DNA of 64,000 bases from a virus: IMG/VR virus record IMGVR_UViG_3300033148_002122, positions 1 to 64,000 of that record. One strand, given 5' to 3'. A program made the translations under genes and the position numbers. This document shows, piece after piece, positions 8,202-17,974 of this stretch (position 1 is the stretch's first letter; every line of letters begins with the position of its first letter). The notes beneath the pieces were generated by a model. That model was given only the letters and a program-made list of their open reading frames with translations, was not told the origin of the DNA and made no database searches.

Positions 8202-9192
8202 AAAAATAGTTGTAACTGGAGGAGCAGGATTTATAGGCTCACACGTAGTTGATGTTCTTGCTAATGATGGAAATGAAGTTCATGTAATTGATGATTATTC
8301 GGGAGCTTACAGAGGTAAGTTTGAGAACAATCTTGCTGTATACAATGATGTGAGTGTGGCTAGTAAAGAAGCACATGAACTTATAAGTAGTATAGAACCC
8401 AACGAGATATGGCACTTGGCTGCGAATGCGCGTGAGGGTGGTTCGTGGTTTCAGCCAAAAAATATAGTTGAACGAAATTCATACGGTTTTATAAATATTC
8501 TTGAAGCTGCTATTAGTGGAGGTAAGCTAGACAAGTGTATACTATTTTCTAGTATGTCAGTTTATGGCAGCGAAACACCTCCTTTTACTGAGGACATGAC
8601 TCCCCAGCCAGAAAATCCATATGCAGTTTCCAAGTATGCAGCGGAACAGTATCTAAGGCTATTATCGCCTTTGTATGACTTCAGTTGGCTTGTAATTAGA
8701 CCACACAATGTGTTCGGTGAGAGAGTCTATAGACACGATAAAATCAGGAACGTAATAGCGATTTTCTGCAATCAAATACTACTGGGTGAACCAATCTACA
8801 TCTACGGAGATGGTAAGCATACTAGGGCACACTCCTATATATACGACTGTATTGGTCCGATTATGAGGGCAGGTAGTGAGATAAATAACGAGGTTATAAA
8901 TATAGGTGGAAATAAAAATTATACAATTTATGAAACAGCAGATTTAGTAAGAAAGGCAATGGGTCAGCCAGATTGGGAAATTGTATTCCTACCAAAACGC
9001 TATAGAGAGGTTCCAGATGCCTACTGTGATCATAAAAAAGCTGAAAATTTATTATCTTTTAAAGAACACATAGGTGCAGATAGCGGAATTCAGCTAGTTT
9101 CTGAAGCTTTTATGTATGAAGGTCCGGTGCAATACAAAGATAATGAACCACTTGTGTTAAATCACAAATTAATTCCAAAAACATGGAAATAA
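8194..9192 (+). CDS. NAD-dependent nucleotide-sugar epimerase/dehydratase
   Basis: TGGAGFIGSH, HLAA, SSMSVYG, PYAVSK, RPHNVFG, IYGDG; TTG start. Confidence 0.9.
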   Translation: MDKKIVVTGGAGFIGSHVVDVLANDGNEVHVIDDYSGAYRGKFENNLAVYNDVSVASKEAHELISSIEPNEIWHLAANAREGGSWFQPKNIVERNSYGFINILEAAISGGKLDKCILFSSMSVYGSETPPFTEDMTPQPENPYAVSKYAAEQYLRLLSPLYDFSWLVIRPHNVFGERVYRHDKIRNVIAIFCNQILLGEPIYIYGDGKHTRAHSYIYDCIGPIMRAGSEINNEVINIGGNKNYTIYETADLVRKAMGQPDWEIVFLPKRYREVPDAYCDHKKAENLLSFKEHIGADSGIQLVSEAFMYEGPVQYKDNEPLVLNHKLIPKTWK

Positions 9193-9521
9193 CTAGTATC
9201 CACTAAAGGGTTTAGAGAGTCTTTAATAGTAGGCAACACACTAAAATTGCCAGTCAGAAAATGACAAAAAATATAATGGGGAGATTTATTTAGGATCCTA
9301 ATTCTTCACCAACCCGTTACTCCGGTCAGGTAGTTTTCTGACTGGAAGGGTAAACCTATACCTATAGGTAAGATTTTGATTTTAAATTTACTATAACTTC
9401 TCGCAGCACCTTTGGTGCTGCTCGAATCATCCCCAAAGGGGATGATGAGTCTTAATCTTAAGATTTTTGTCTTCAAAAATTATCTTCCGAAGGAAGATTA
9501 TTATAGTATGAAGGAGTTCAA
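9193..9521. other. palindrome-rich intergenic region (origin/regulatory candidate)
   Basis: Longest non-coding gap in the window. It holds three perfect 12-bp palindromes, three triloop hairpins and a 12-bp spaced inverted repeat. Confidence 0.55.
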
Positions 9522-11000
9522 ATGGGTTTAAATGACACAGATAAACTTGGTCTAAAAAGACCTATTGATGGTGAAACCGACTGGGGTACGGGGGACGATG
9601 ATAGCCTAAACTTCAATTTTGAGCTTCTTGAAGAGGTGTTACTTCCTTCTGGCGGGTCTACTCATCAGATTCGTTATGTTGCTAAGTCTTTTGTGGGTCT
9701 ATCCCTTCCAGTTACAGGTGCAAAGATATTTGGAACCATAAACGATGCTATTGCAGACATTACGCCAGGAAATAACTATCCAGATGTTGTAGTAGTTTAC
9801 CCAGGGGTATATAACGAAGAGATTCTAATAACTGACAGATCAGTTATTATACATGGACTTACAAACGCACACAATAGTTCATACGCGGCAGACAGCGTAG
9901 TAATAAGTAGTAATGCTAATAGCGCAACTGCAACAGGTAGAGCCTGTGTTAGCGTTAATCTTCGTTCTGGGGAGGATGAAGCACATCCAGACGGTCAAGA
10001 CCTATGGGATCTTTCGTATAACCAGCATGAAACAAGAACATACACCAAAATAGTTTTTAATAATATCTTTTTTGATAACTATGGTAAATACTACTTGGAC
10101 GAGCCGCATGACACAGACACAGCGTATTACCTAGACTGTACAGATGGTGGAACACCTCCATATTATGGAAACTATACCTGGATTGTATTCAACAACTGCC
10201 TGTTCAGAGGACAAGTTTGGTGGGCATATAATAGAGGTTACGAAGGTGATCTCAGTCACTTAACTTCTTGGTATCAGTACGGATTTAGGTTAAAAGCGTA
10301 TTCAACCTATATAAGATTTATGGATTGTAATCTTGGATTTATGAACTATGGGAGAGGAAACTACGGAAAGAATGGTTTTTTCTGTGGATTTATGCAACCA
10401 TTCTATTGTGGAACTGACGGGACTAGTTTTATTAGTTGGTATGCAGGGGCACCAGGGACAACTCTAGAGTTTGAAAGATATAGTGGTAATGAATATCAGG
10501 AATACCCAAGTGGTGGTTATATAAGACCTTATAACATTCATCGTTCTAGCATGAGGATGATGAGGTCAGACGTTAATGTTATAGAATACTATGGAAATTT
10601 TGTTCCAAATCCACCCTATGACTCATTATACGATGGTATTGGGTGGGTTTACGGCCATGGGGCAGATTCTTCTAATGCTATTTTTACTACTGAAAACATG
10701 GGACATATATACATCAGAGCCTCTGTTTTAAAACCTTCAGTATGGGGTGATGAGGCCGATTATGGTCCAGATCCTAGTGATGATTCTATAGAGAACTCCA
10801 ACTGGATTAACATCTATACAAACCCAGGTGATCCTGCTGCCGTGTATGGAGAGGGCAAACTCGACCCAAGTAGTCCTGACACGCCCCACTGTACAAGTAG
10901 TGCTTTTAACGCTGAAGGAGCTTATAGATTTGGATCTGAATCTGTATTACTTAACGTGTACCAGAATTTACTTGGTGGGCAATCAATTAGATCTCTTTAA
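9522..11000 (+). CDS. tail fibre/spike protein with pectin-lyase-like beta-helix
   Basis: N-terminal T-KLGL-P...W...LNFNF fibre-attachment-like segment; FGTINDAI...VVVYPGVYNE; repeated FNNC/FMDC strands; AAGGAG RBS. Confidence 0.65.
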   Translation: MGLNDTDKLGLKRPIDGETDWGTGDDDSLNFNFELLEEVLLPSGGSTHQIRYVAKSFVGLSLPVTGAKIFGTINDAIADITPGNNYPDVVVVYPGVYNEEILITDRSVIIHGLTNAHNSSYAADSVVISSNANSATATGRACVSVNLRSGEDEAHPDGQDLWDLSYNQHETRTYTKIVFNNIFFDNYGKYYLDEPHDTDTAYYLDCTDGGTPPYYGNYTWIVFNNCLFRGQVWWAYNRGYEGDLSHLTSWYQYGFRLKAYSTYIRFMDCNLGFMNYGRGNYGKNGFFCGFMQPFYCGTDGTSFISWYAGAPGTTLEFERYSGNEYQEYPSGGYIRPYNIHRSSMRMMRSDVNVIEYYGNFVPNPPYDSLYDGIGWVYGHGADSSNAIFTTENMGHIYIRASVLKPSVWGDEADYGPDPSDDSIENSNWINIYTNPGDPAAVYGEGKLDPSSPDTPHCTSSAFNAEGAYRFGSESVLLNVYQNLLGGQSIRSL

Positions 11001-11024
11001 CTTAATATAATCTCAGATTAGGAC

Positions 11025-11053
11025 TTGACAAACCAAAGTTGGTGTGATACAAT
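11025..11053 (+). promoter_or_regulatory. sigma70-type promoter with extended -10
   Basis: TTGACA-17 bp-TACAAT with TG upstream of the -10; upstream of the GT2-MTase-GT-recombinase-SSB-polA run. Confidence 0.6.
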
Positions 11054-11432
11054 GAAGATTACTTACATAGGGGTTCCCATCTACTACGCCCCAGTAGAAG
11101 ACTCTACGGCTTTTCTATTTGATTCTACTTTCCACGAACCAGGGAATGAAGTGATTATGGAAAGAAAGACAGCAAAAGCTTTGATGGTTGGTTTTGATGT
11201 CCACGAAGATGGATCTAAGAATATATACAAAATTATTAAGTATAGTGACTACACAGGGCTGGAGCAGGAATGGGGAGACAGTACGTCTGTTACTATATTA
11301 GACACTGCTGTTCAAGATATTGTTGACTTATATTCTGCCAAACGACTAGATCCAGATTCTACAGTTTCGGAAACACCAAGTAGTTACCAAAGAAGTAACA
11401 CACTTGCTAGGAGTTTTACTAAAACAGTATAA
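11052..11432 (+). CDS. small DST-rich hypothetical (candidate virion) protein
   Basis: Four DST tripeptides in about 126 aa; start uncertain (TTG 11025 or ATG 11052). Confidence 0.55.
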   Translation: MKITYIGVPIYYAPVEDSTAFLFDSTFHEPGNEVIMERKTAKALMVGFDVHEDGSKNIYKIIKYSDYTGLEQEWGDSTSVTILDTAVQDIVDLYSAKRLDPDSTVSETPSSYQRSNTLARSFTKTV

Positions 11433-11446
11433 GGAAGAAGGATAAT

Positions 11447-12289
11447 ATGCTAAGGATATTGGTTCCATTTTATAATGCTGCTGAAACTTTACCAAGGTTA
11501 ATAGAGAGTTTAGCAGCACAGACAGATCAGAACTTTGATGTATTGTTTTTAGATGATGCGTCTAAAGATGATTCTGGCAAGGTAATACATAACATCATAC
11601 ACGATGATTTTCCATCCTTAAGTTCGAAGGTGGATTATTACAAGAATGATGAAAATATTGGTATAATGTGTAACGTAATTAAAGGTGTTGATCTTACAGA
11701 CGATCACGTAATTTGCTGCATATGCGATGGTGATGATTTTTTATCAGAGGATGCAGTTGAGGTAGTTAGTAAACACTACAGTGAAAACGACATAGACTTT
11801 GCGTGGTCTAACTTTACATTCTATCCTTCTCTACGCCCCGGTTTTTCAAGAGAAATTAATAGAGATATATCTGCTAGGATATTCTATCCATTTTGGTGGA
11901 TGAGTCATATGCGTACATGGAAGGCAGGTACGTTTAAAAAGATCGACTACGAGAAGAAATTTAAGTGGCAGGGCGAGTGGTTTGACTACGCAAATGACTT
12001 AGCTATCATGTTTGCACTTCAGGAAGTAACTGACAAGTATATGTATATTCCTTATCAGCTATACTTTCATGATGTAAGTGAGGGAGAGAATACAACCAGG
12101 AGTCCAGAGAAGAGAGAGAAGCAACTTATAGAAGAAATGCGCATTAGATCTCTAGTCGATGACAAAGATGCACTATTAGCTAACCAGTATTATAGACATA
12201 TAATAGTTTTCTATGAGGGTATAATGGATGCTATTAGTAAGGATGAAAACTTAAAAGGAATACTCAAGGAGAAAGGATTTCCTGTATAA
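11447..12289 (+). CDS. glycosyltransferase family 2
   Basis: ILVPFYNA, LDDASKD, NIG...N, CDGDD (DxD). Confidence 0.92.
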   Translation: MLRILVPFYNAAETLPRLIESLAAQTDQNFDVLFLDDASKDDSGKVIHNIIHDDFPSLSSKVDYYKNDENIGIMCNVIKGVDLTDDHVICCICDGDDFLSEDAVEVVSKHYSENDIDFAWSNFTFYPSLRPGFSREINRDISARIFYPFWWMSHMRTWKAGTFKKIDYEKKFKWQGEWFDYANDLAIMFALQEVTDKYMYIPYQLYFHDVSEGENTTRSPEKREKQLIEEMRIRSLVDDKDALLANQYYRHIIVFYEGIMDAISKDENLKGILKEKGFPV

Positions 12290-13092
12290 TGGGTAGGAAC
12301 ATACTAGAAAACTCCCTGGCTGAAGCTATCAGAGGTATGAAGGCTAAGAGTGTTATTGATGTTGGAGGTGCTTGGGAATCTACAGGACTTGCCACGCATA
12401 TTTTAGATATTGAGCCAAGGAATAATCGGCATAATTTTGCTGATTGGATACAGGGTGATATTTGTCAGAAAGAAACGTGGGACCAATTTGATGATAATCA
12501 GTTTGATTTTGCTATATGTACACAGACTTTAGAAGATATCTATGATCCTATCACAGTGTGTAATGGTTTATCAAGGGTAGCAAGATGTGGCTACTTAGAG
12601 ACACCCTCTATGATAGGTGAAATAACTAGATTCTCAGATAGAAAAAAAGATAATATTGAGGCAGATATTAATGGCTATCTACACCATAGATATATTATTG
12701 AAGTTATTAACGGAACTGATAAAGAGCGCATATCAGTATTACCCGTTGTGAGTCCAGAGTGGAAACCAAAGGGAAAGTTTATTCAATTTGACGATGATGC
12801 TATAATAGTTGCCATACCAAAAACAGCAAGAGTATTGATTAATGATCTACTAAAAAATAATGTAATAGCAGTTGATACTAACAACTGGAATAGAGTAAAT
12901 TTTGTTGGATTATTTTGGAAAGAAAGTATAAAGTGTGTTATGCTAGAAAATGATGCACTTGACTATATTAGATATAAAATACTGGAGATAACTGAACCAG
13001 GATATTTACCTAACTATAATCCTATAAAATTACAGCGCAGGTTTGCCGAAGTTTTTGAACCAGGAGGAAATAATGGGATTTTGGAATCATGA
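12289..13092 (+). CDS. class I SAM-dependent methyltransferase
   Basis: VIDVGG motif I, QGDIC, FDFAICTQTLEDIYDP, GYLETP. Confidence 0.8.
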   Translation: MGRNILENSLAEAIRGMKAKSVIDVGGAWESTGLATHILDIEPRNNRHNFADWIQGDICQKETWDQFDDNQFDFAICTQTLEDIYDPITVCNGLSRVARCGYLETPSMIGEITRFSDRKKDNIEADINGYLHHRYIIEVINGTDKERISVLPVVSPEWKPKGKFIQFDDDAIIVAIPKTARVLINDLLKNNVIAVDTNNWNRVNFVGLFWKESIKCVMLENDALDYIRYKILEITEPGYLPNYNPIKLQRRFAEVFEPGGNNGILES

Positions 13093-14200
13093 TCCATCAG
13101 GAACTACTTTAGAGAAATACTACAAGGAACTAAGGAATGATGACACAGGGGCACTAGACTATCCGCAGTCTTTTGTTGATATTATCACACCAAATGCTGG
13201 TGGACTAAAAATGGCAGAAGGTGTGTACAAAGCTTTATGTAGTAAAGGTGATTCTATCAACTGGAGACTATTTCCAGTTTCACAAGGTGATTTTGGGGCA
13301 CATGATTTTTGGGTTAAGACTGCCCAGTTAGATGAGCGTGTATTTCCAATACTAAACGATTGGAACAAACCAGTACCTCATGCGTACAACCAAGCATACA
13401 TGTATAGCATGAAGTTTAAAAATCCATCTCCATTTATATTTACTATGGATGATGACACGCGACTCATCAGGGATGATTGGCTACAGTATTTACTATGGCT
13501 AAGAAATTCTTATCCAGATCCAGAACAGATTGGTATTACCACCTATGGTACATCAGCTATTGGACGTAAACCCCCAGAAGGTAAATTCTGGCTGGAAAAT
13601 GATGTTGGTTGGGATTCTAACCTAATATATAGACCTATATTTGACAGAGTTGGTTTAGCAGATGAAAACTATTGCTGGCATTTTGGTGACAGCGATATAT
13701 GCAGAAGACTTACTCTACATCAAAATTATAAAATTTTGTTAGGGAAACAGGTAAATAAGTGGAGAAGTCATTTTGGCCGTGTTGGATCTAGCCAACTAGG
13801 TTACAAAGAAGCTTGGTGGAGGGGAATGTCTATAGAAGTTGGAGGACAAAAGTGGGCCAATACACCAGTAAAGGGTGTTGGAGCAGAATTAGGGGTTGAC
13901 AAGGTAAGGCAAGAGAGCTATACTTACCCAAAAGAAGGATGGTGGGACGCAGGGCTAGACTTCATGACATTTGACCACGGTATGAAGTGTGAGTCACATA
14001 GTAAGTTTCCTTTCTTTATTGATGACCATCCAGAGGTTTCTTGTACTACACCTTCTACTGACGTAAACTTAAGGGTATACAAGAGATATCGTGAAAAACA
14101 TCCAGACCACAAAGGAATGTATGATGATGTTGTCAGGAGACTCTATAGTATCGAAGGAACAGTTGATGAATTCTTACAGGGTGTACCTGAAGGGTTGTAA
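13073..14200 (+). CDS. GT-A fold glycosyltransferase (GT2-like)
   Basis: DIITP, AYNQA, FTMDDD, IFDRVGLADENY...GDSDICRRL; ATG at 13073 after GGAGG (track start 13043). Confidence 0.75.
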   Translation: MGFWNHDPSGTTLEKYYKELRNDDTGALDYPQSFVDIITPNAGGLKMAEGVYKALCSKGDSINWRLFPVSQGDFGAHDFWVKTAQLDERVFPILNDWNKPVPHAYNQAYMYSMKFKNPSPFIFTMDDDTRLIRDDWLQYLLWLRNSYPDPEQIGITTYGTSAIGRKPPEGKFWLENDVGWDSNLIYRPIFDRVGLADENYCWHFGDSDICRRLTLHQNYKILLGKQVNKWRSHFGRVGSSQLGYKEAWWRGMSIEVGGQKWANTPVKGVGAELGVDKVRQESYTYPKEGWWDAGLDFMTFDHGMKCESHSKFPFFIDDHPEVSCTTPSTDVNLRVYKRYREKHPDHKGMYDDVVRRLYSIEGTVDEFLQGVPEGL

Positions 14201-15005
14201 AAGTGCGGATAGTACTATCAAGAATTATACTTATCATATCAATAATTTTGTTAGTACCGTTAGTACTGATTGGGTACACAACATTGATTTTGATTGGATT
14301 AATAGCCTTTTTTCTGTCTATTACGGAACAAAAAGTGGTATGAGTCCTTCGTATCAAATGGTGCTACTATCTGCATTCAGGAAATTTGTTGACATGTTAG
14401 GTATGGATTCAAGAAAAGTTGTGTTCAATGTACCAAAAAAGGTAAGATCAGGCGTAAAAGCCTTGACAGAGGAGCAGTTAAACTGTATACTAACAGGCAT
14501 AGGTGATTCACAGGGTTTTATGGAGTGTAGGGATAAGGCAATGTTTGCAATGTTTGGGTATCTTGGATTAAGACTGGCTGAACTTCAGAACATTAAGATT
14601 GATGACATAGACTTTGATAATAACAAAATTAAAGTTCTTGGTAAGGGTAACAGAATTGGGTATGTACCTCTAATTAAAGTAGTTAAGCCATACCTATTAT
14701 CATGGATGGAAAAGAGAGAGGGTGTATACCAGGATTGTAGTTTCTGGATTACACAAGATGGAAGGGAATTAGGCAAAAGAGCTATTCAGGTTCGAATGTC
14801 TAAGTATGTAAAACAATTTAATCCTAACAACAGTACGCATACACTAAGGCATACGGCAGCAACTATGCTAATTAATAAAGGTGTTGACATCAAGACTATT
14901 TCAACTCTTTTAAGACACACTAGTATTAAGACAACTGCGGATACTTATGCACATCAAAGTGTTGAGGCTGTTGGTAACAAAATGAACGGGATTTACGGAG
15001 GATAA
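14166..15005 (+). CDS. tyrosine recombinase (XerC/XerD-like)
   Basis: GLRLAEL, GKGNR, HTLRH, LLRH-S--TT--Y catalytic residues; start uncertain (track 14091). Confidence 0.92.
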   Translation: MNSYRVYLKGCKSADSTIKNYTYHINNFVSTVSTDWVHNIDFDWINSLFSVYYGTKSGMSPSYQMVLLSAFRKFVDMLGMDSRKVVFNVPKKVRSGVKALTEEQLNCILTGIGDSQGFMECRDKAMFAMFGYLGLRLAELQNIKIDDIDFDNNKIKVLGKGNRIGYVPLIKVVKPYLLSWMEKREGVYQDCSFWITQDGRELGKRAIQVRMSKYVKQFNPNNSTHTLRHTAATMLINKGVDIKTISTLLRHTSIKTTADTYAHQSVEAVGNKMNGIYGG

Positions 15006-15006
15006 C

Positions 15007-15582
15007 ATGGTGAATAAAATACAGTTAGTAGGAAATGTAGGAAGTGTAGATCAGCTTAGAATGGTAGGTCAACAGAAGAATTTTGCGTTGTTAAAGTTTT
15101 CCGTGGCTACTACTTATTATAAGAAAAAGAGAGATGCTGAACCTGAAAAGGAAACAACTTGGCATAACGTTCTTGTATGGGGTAAGAGAGCAGAGCGTCT
15201 TGCTGAAAGATTAGGAAAAGGCTGTAAGGTTTACGTAGAGGGTCGTATGGAATATGGTGAGTATACTAATAAGGATCAACAGGTTATAAAAACTGCGTCT
15301 GTAAACTCTACAGAAATTAGTATTGTGTACAATCCCAATAAGGTTTCACAGGAAGGTTATAGAACTCCTGCGCTTGTGCAGCCACAGACTGCGCCTGTGC
15401 AGCCTGTTGCGCAGCCTGTTGCGCAGCCTGTTGCGCAGCCTGTTGCGCAGCCTGTTGCGCAGCCTGCACAACCTGTGCAATATGTGCAACCTGTTGCTGC
15501 TCCAGACACAAACGCATCTGCTGAAACGGGTAGTACAGGTACGGATGCGTTTTATGATGATGAAGACGATCTCCCCTTCTAG
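15007..15582 (+). CDS. ssb: single-stranded DNA-binding protein
   Basis: VNKIQLVGNVG, FSVAT, TWHNVLVWG, KVYVEGR and acidic DDLPF tail. Confidence 0.95.
   Translation: MVNKIQLVGNVGSVDQLRMVGQQKNFALLKFSVATTYYKKKRDAEPEKETTWHNVLVWGKRAERLAERLGKGCKVYVEGRMEYGEYTNKDQQVIKTASVNSTEISIVYNPNKVSQEGYRTPALVQPQTAPVQPVAQPVAQPVAQPVAQPVAQPAQPVQYVQPVAAPDTNASAETGSTGTDAFYDDEDDLPF
15400..15466 (+). repeat. 12-bp tandem repeat CAGCCTGTTGCG (5 perfect copies plus a partial) encoding (QPVA)n in the SSB linker
   Basis: Read directly from the sequence. Confidence 0.95.
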
Positions 15583-15588
15583 ATAATA

Positions 15589-17505
15589 ATGCAAATACCC
15601 CTATTCGCTGCCACACTCCCTGACTGGGTAGATCAATGTGACTATAGACTGTGTGATACAGAAGAATCTGTAAGGGAAGCCTTGTCACTGATGCAGGATC
15701 CAAGCCTAGTCATAGCCTTAGATACTGAGACAACGGGTTTGAAGGTATACTCAGATACGTTGGTGGGGATAAGTCTGTCTCATGAAATTGGAACATCTTT
15801 TTATTTTCCAATTGCTCATAGAACTAGTGAACCTAATCTGGATCCAAGTTTAGTCACAGACCTTATATTTCCGTTTTTAAGGTCTAGACCTTACATATTT
15901 CATAATGCTCAGTTTGACACAGCAATATTATCTAAGAGTGGTGTGAATGTTAAAGCTATGTTTGACACACTATTTGTTGCTAGAGTTTTAGATTTTAGGC
16001 GTAATAATAGACTCAAACCACTGGCTGAAAATGTTTTAGGTCTTGATGTTATAGAACTAGAAGATCTTGTTGCCAGTGATGACTTTAGGTTTGACTTGTT
16101 TGATCCATCATATTGTTATAAGTATGCATGTCAGGATGCTGATCTTACACTAAGACTTTACAATATGTTTAAGGACCAAGATAAGGTTATTCCTTATATC
16201 AACAAACTTGAGATGGATATTATACCTGTAGTAGCTAATATGGAATTAACAGGTTTTCCTGTTGATTTTGAGAAGGCAAAACAACACCATACTAATACTA
16301 AAACTGAGTTAAAAGCTTTGGAGTCTCAGATTTATTCATATGCTGGAATGTCTTTTAACATTGGGTCATCAGACCAACTAAAATATGTGTTATTCGACAG
16401 ACTTGGGTTAACACCAACAAGAGAGACAGATACAGGTAAGGTTTCAACTGGTGAGGATGCACTTAAGGATATAGAAAATTTACATGGCATAGTTCCTTTA
16501 CTTCTTAGGTGGAGAGAACTAAACAAAATGGATTCTTCTTTCTATAAACCCTATTTTGATAGGATTACCGAACTTGGTGAAAGTAGAATCTATAGTAGGT
16601 TTAATCCTTCAGGAGCTAGAACAGGTAGGTTTTCTAGCTCAAACGTAAATATGCAACAGGTTAGCAAAGCTATTAAAGAGATCTTTATACCTGAAGATGG
16701 CTATTATCTTGTTGAAGCGGATTATTCACAAATTGAATACAGAATATTTGCTAGTATGTGCAAAGATCCTTTTATGATGCAGGCCATTTTTGATGGACGA
16801 GATATGCATGAGGCAACTGCTGATAGACTAAGACCGTTTCTTGGTCTAAGTCCCGATGAGCTAATACCTTCTGAAATTAGAGACAAGGCAAAGACACTAA
16901 ACTTTTCAGTGTTGTTTGGATCTGGAGACAAGAATGTATCAACACAGTTAGGGTGTAGTGTTGAAGATGCTAGAATTCTAATTGAAGAATATTATAGACA
17001 GTTTAGTACAGTCGCTGACTGGAAAGAACAAATGCATATGAATGCCATTGAGCTTGGTTATTGTGAAACAAAGTTTGGTAGAAGGCGACAAATACCAGAG
17101 CTACAAGTATATACACCTGAATTATATGAGTTTACAAAGACTGGATTACCCTGGGGTACACCTAAAAGTACTAAGAAAAAGTTTTATAGGCTGTTACATG
17201 GACTAAGAGTTGCTATAAACACACCCGTTCAGGGTACAGCAGCAGATATTTTTAAGGTAGCATTAAGAAGACTACACAAAAAACTTCTTAGTCAAATGGA
17301 TGTTAAACTACATGCTGTAGTTCATGATAGTTTTATACTTAGTGTGCATAAGTCTATTAATCCAGAGGAGTTATGTAGCAAGATCAAGGATATTACTGAG
17401 GTTGAGATACCTGATTATGTGCCTATTATAATGGATGTAAAATATGGCTATAACTGGAAAACAATGAAATCTCTGAGCGATTTCAAGGAGGATTGGGATG
17501 GCTAA
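15589..17505 (+). CDS. polA: DNA polymerase family A (3'-5' exonuclease plus polymerase)
   Basis: DTETTG, HNAQFD, YACQDA exonuclease motifs; TGRFSS, DYSQIEYR (A), KTLNFSVLFG (B), VQGTAAD, VHDS (C). Confidence 0.96.
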   Translation: MQIPLFAATLPDWVDQCDYRLCDTEESVREALSLMQDPSLVIALDTETTGLKVYSDTLVGISLSHEIGTSFYFPIAHRTSEPNLDPSLVTDLIFPFLRSRPYIFHNAQFDTAILSKSGVNVKAMFDTLFVARVLDFRRNNRLKPLAENVLGLDVIELEDLVASDDFRFDLFDPSYCYKYACQDADLTLRLYNMFKDQDKVIPYINKLEMDIIPVVANMELTGFPVDFEKAKQHHTNTKTELKALESQIYSYAGMSFNIGSSDQLKYVLFDRLGLTPTRETDTGKVSTGEDALKDIENLHGIVPLLLRWRELNKMDSSFYKPYFDRITELGESRIYSRFNPSGARTGRFSSSNVNMQQVSKAIKEIFIPEDGYYLVEADYSQIEYRIFASMCKDPFMMQAIFDGRDMHEATADRLRPFLGLSPDELIPSEIRDKAKTLNFSVLFGSGDKNVSTQLGCSVEDARILIEEYYRQFSTVADWKEQMHMNAIELGYCETKFGRRRQIPELQVYTPELYEFTKTGLPWGTPKSTKKKFYRLLHGLRVAINTPVQGTAADIFKVALRRLHKKLLSQMDVKLHAVVHDSFILSVHKSINPEELCSKIKDITEVEIPDYVPIIMDVKYGYNWKTMKSLSDFKEDWDG

Positions 17506-17974
17506 ACCAAAGGTTGGTAGCGTAAACAAGGTATCGCCAAGGATTCCAGAGGATCCAAATAGTGTTGCTAACTTCATAAGGGAGGCAACAAACTATATTG
17601 CTTTCATAGAAGATGCTCATCTAACAAAACTTGTATACGATAAAGATTGTATGAAAGATAAAATAGCTACACTTGAGGCTGGAATACAAATGAGAAGAGA
17701 TCAGTATGTAGGAAGCAGTTTAGATCAAGTCCCTAAAGAGCATAAAAAGACTGCTACGATGACCAATCAGTACATTGACTACAATGTTTACAAAGAAGAA
17801 ACTACTAGTACTGTACTTGAGATTAGACAACTTAAGCGTGAGTTAGCTGATCTAAGAAATAAGATTACAGCGTGGAATGCTGCTAAGGATCAGTATGATA
17901 GAGCAATACACTCTTCAACTGTAATACTTGCATGGGCAAAAGCATCTCTTAAGTTGGGGGGGAGTAATTTCTAA
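17498..17974 (+). CDS. helical hypothetical protein (possibly UvsY-like)
   Basis: Coiled-coil character and position next to polA; family call is weak. Confidence 0.5.
   Translation: MAKPKVGSVNKVSPRIPEDPNSVANFIREATNYIAFIEDAHLTKLVYDKDCMKDKIATLEAGIQMRRDQYVGSSLDQVPKEHKKTATMTNQYIDYNVYKEETTSTVLEIRQLKRELADLRNKITAWNAAKDQYDRAIHSSTVILAWAKASLKLGGSNF

Noticed and set aside
5743-17505. DNA hypermodification (glycosylated bases) as the main role of the glycosyltransferases
   Set aside because: No hydroxymethylase/thymidylate-synthase-like, TET/JBP or deazaguanine gene is visible here, and one GT sits in the virion operon. This is disfavoured but not excluded, because the rest of the genome is unseen.
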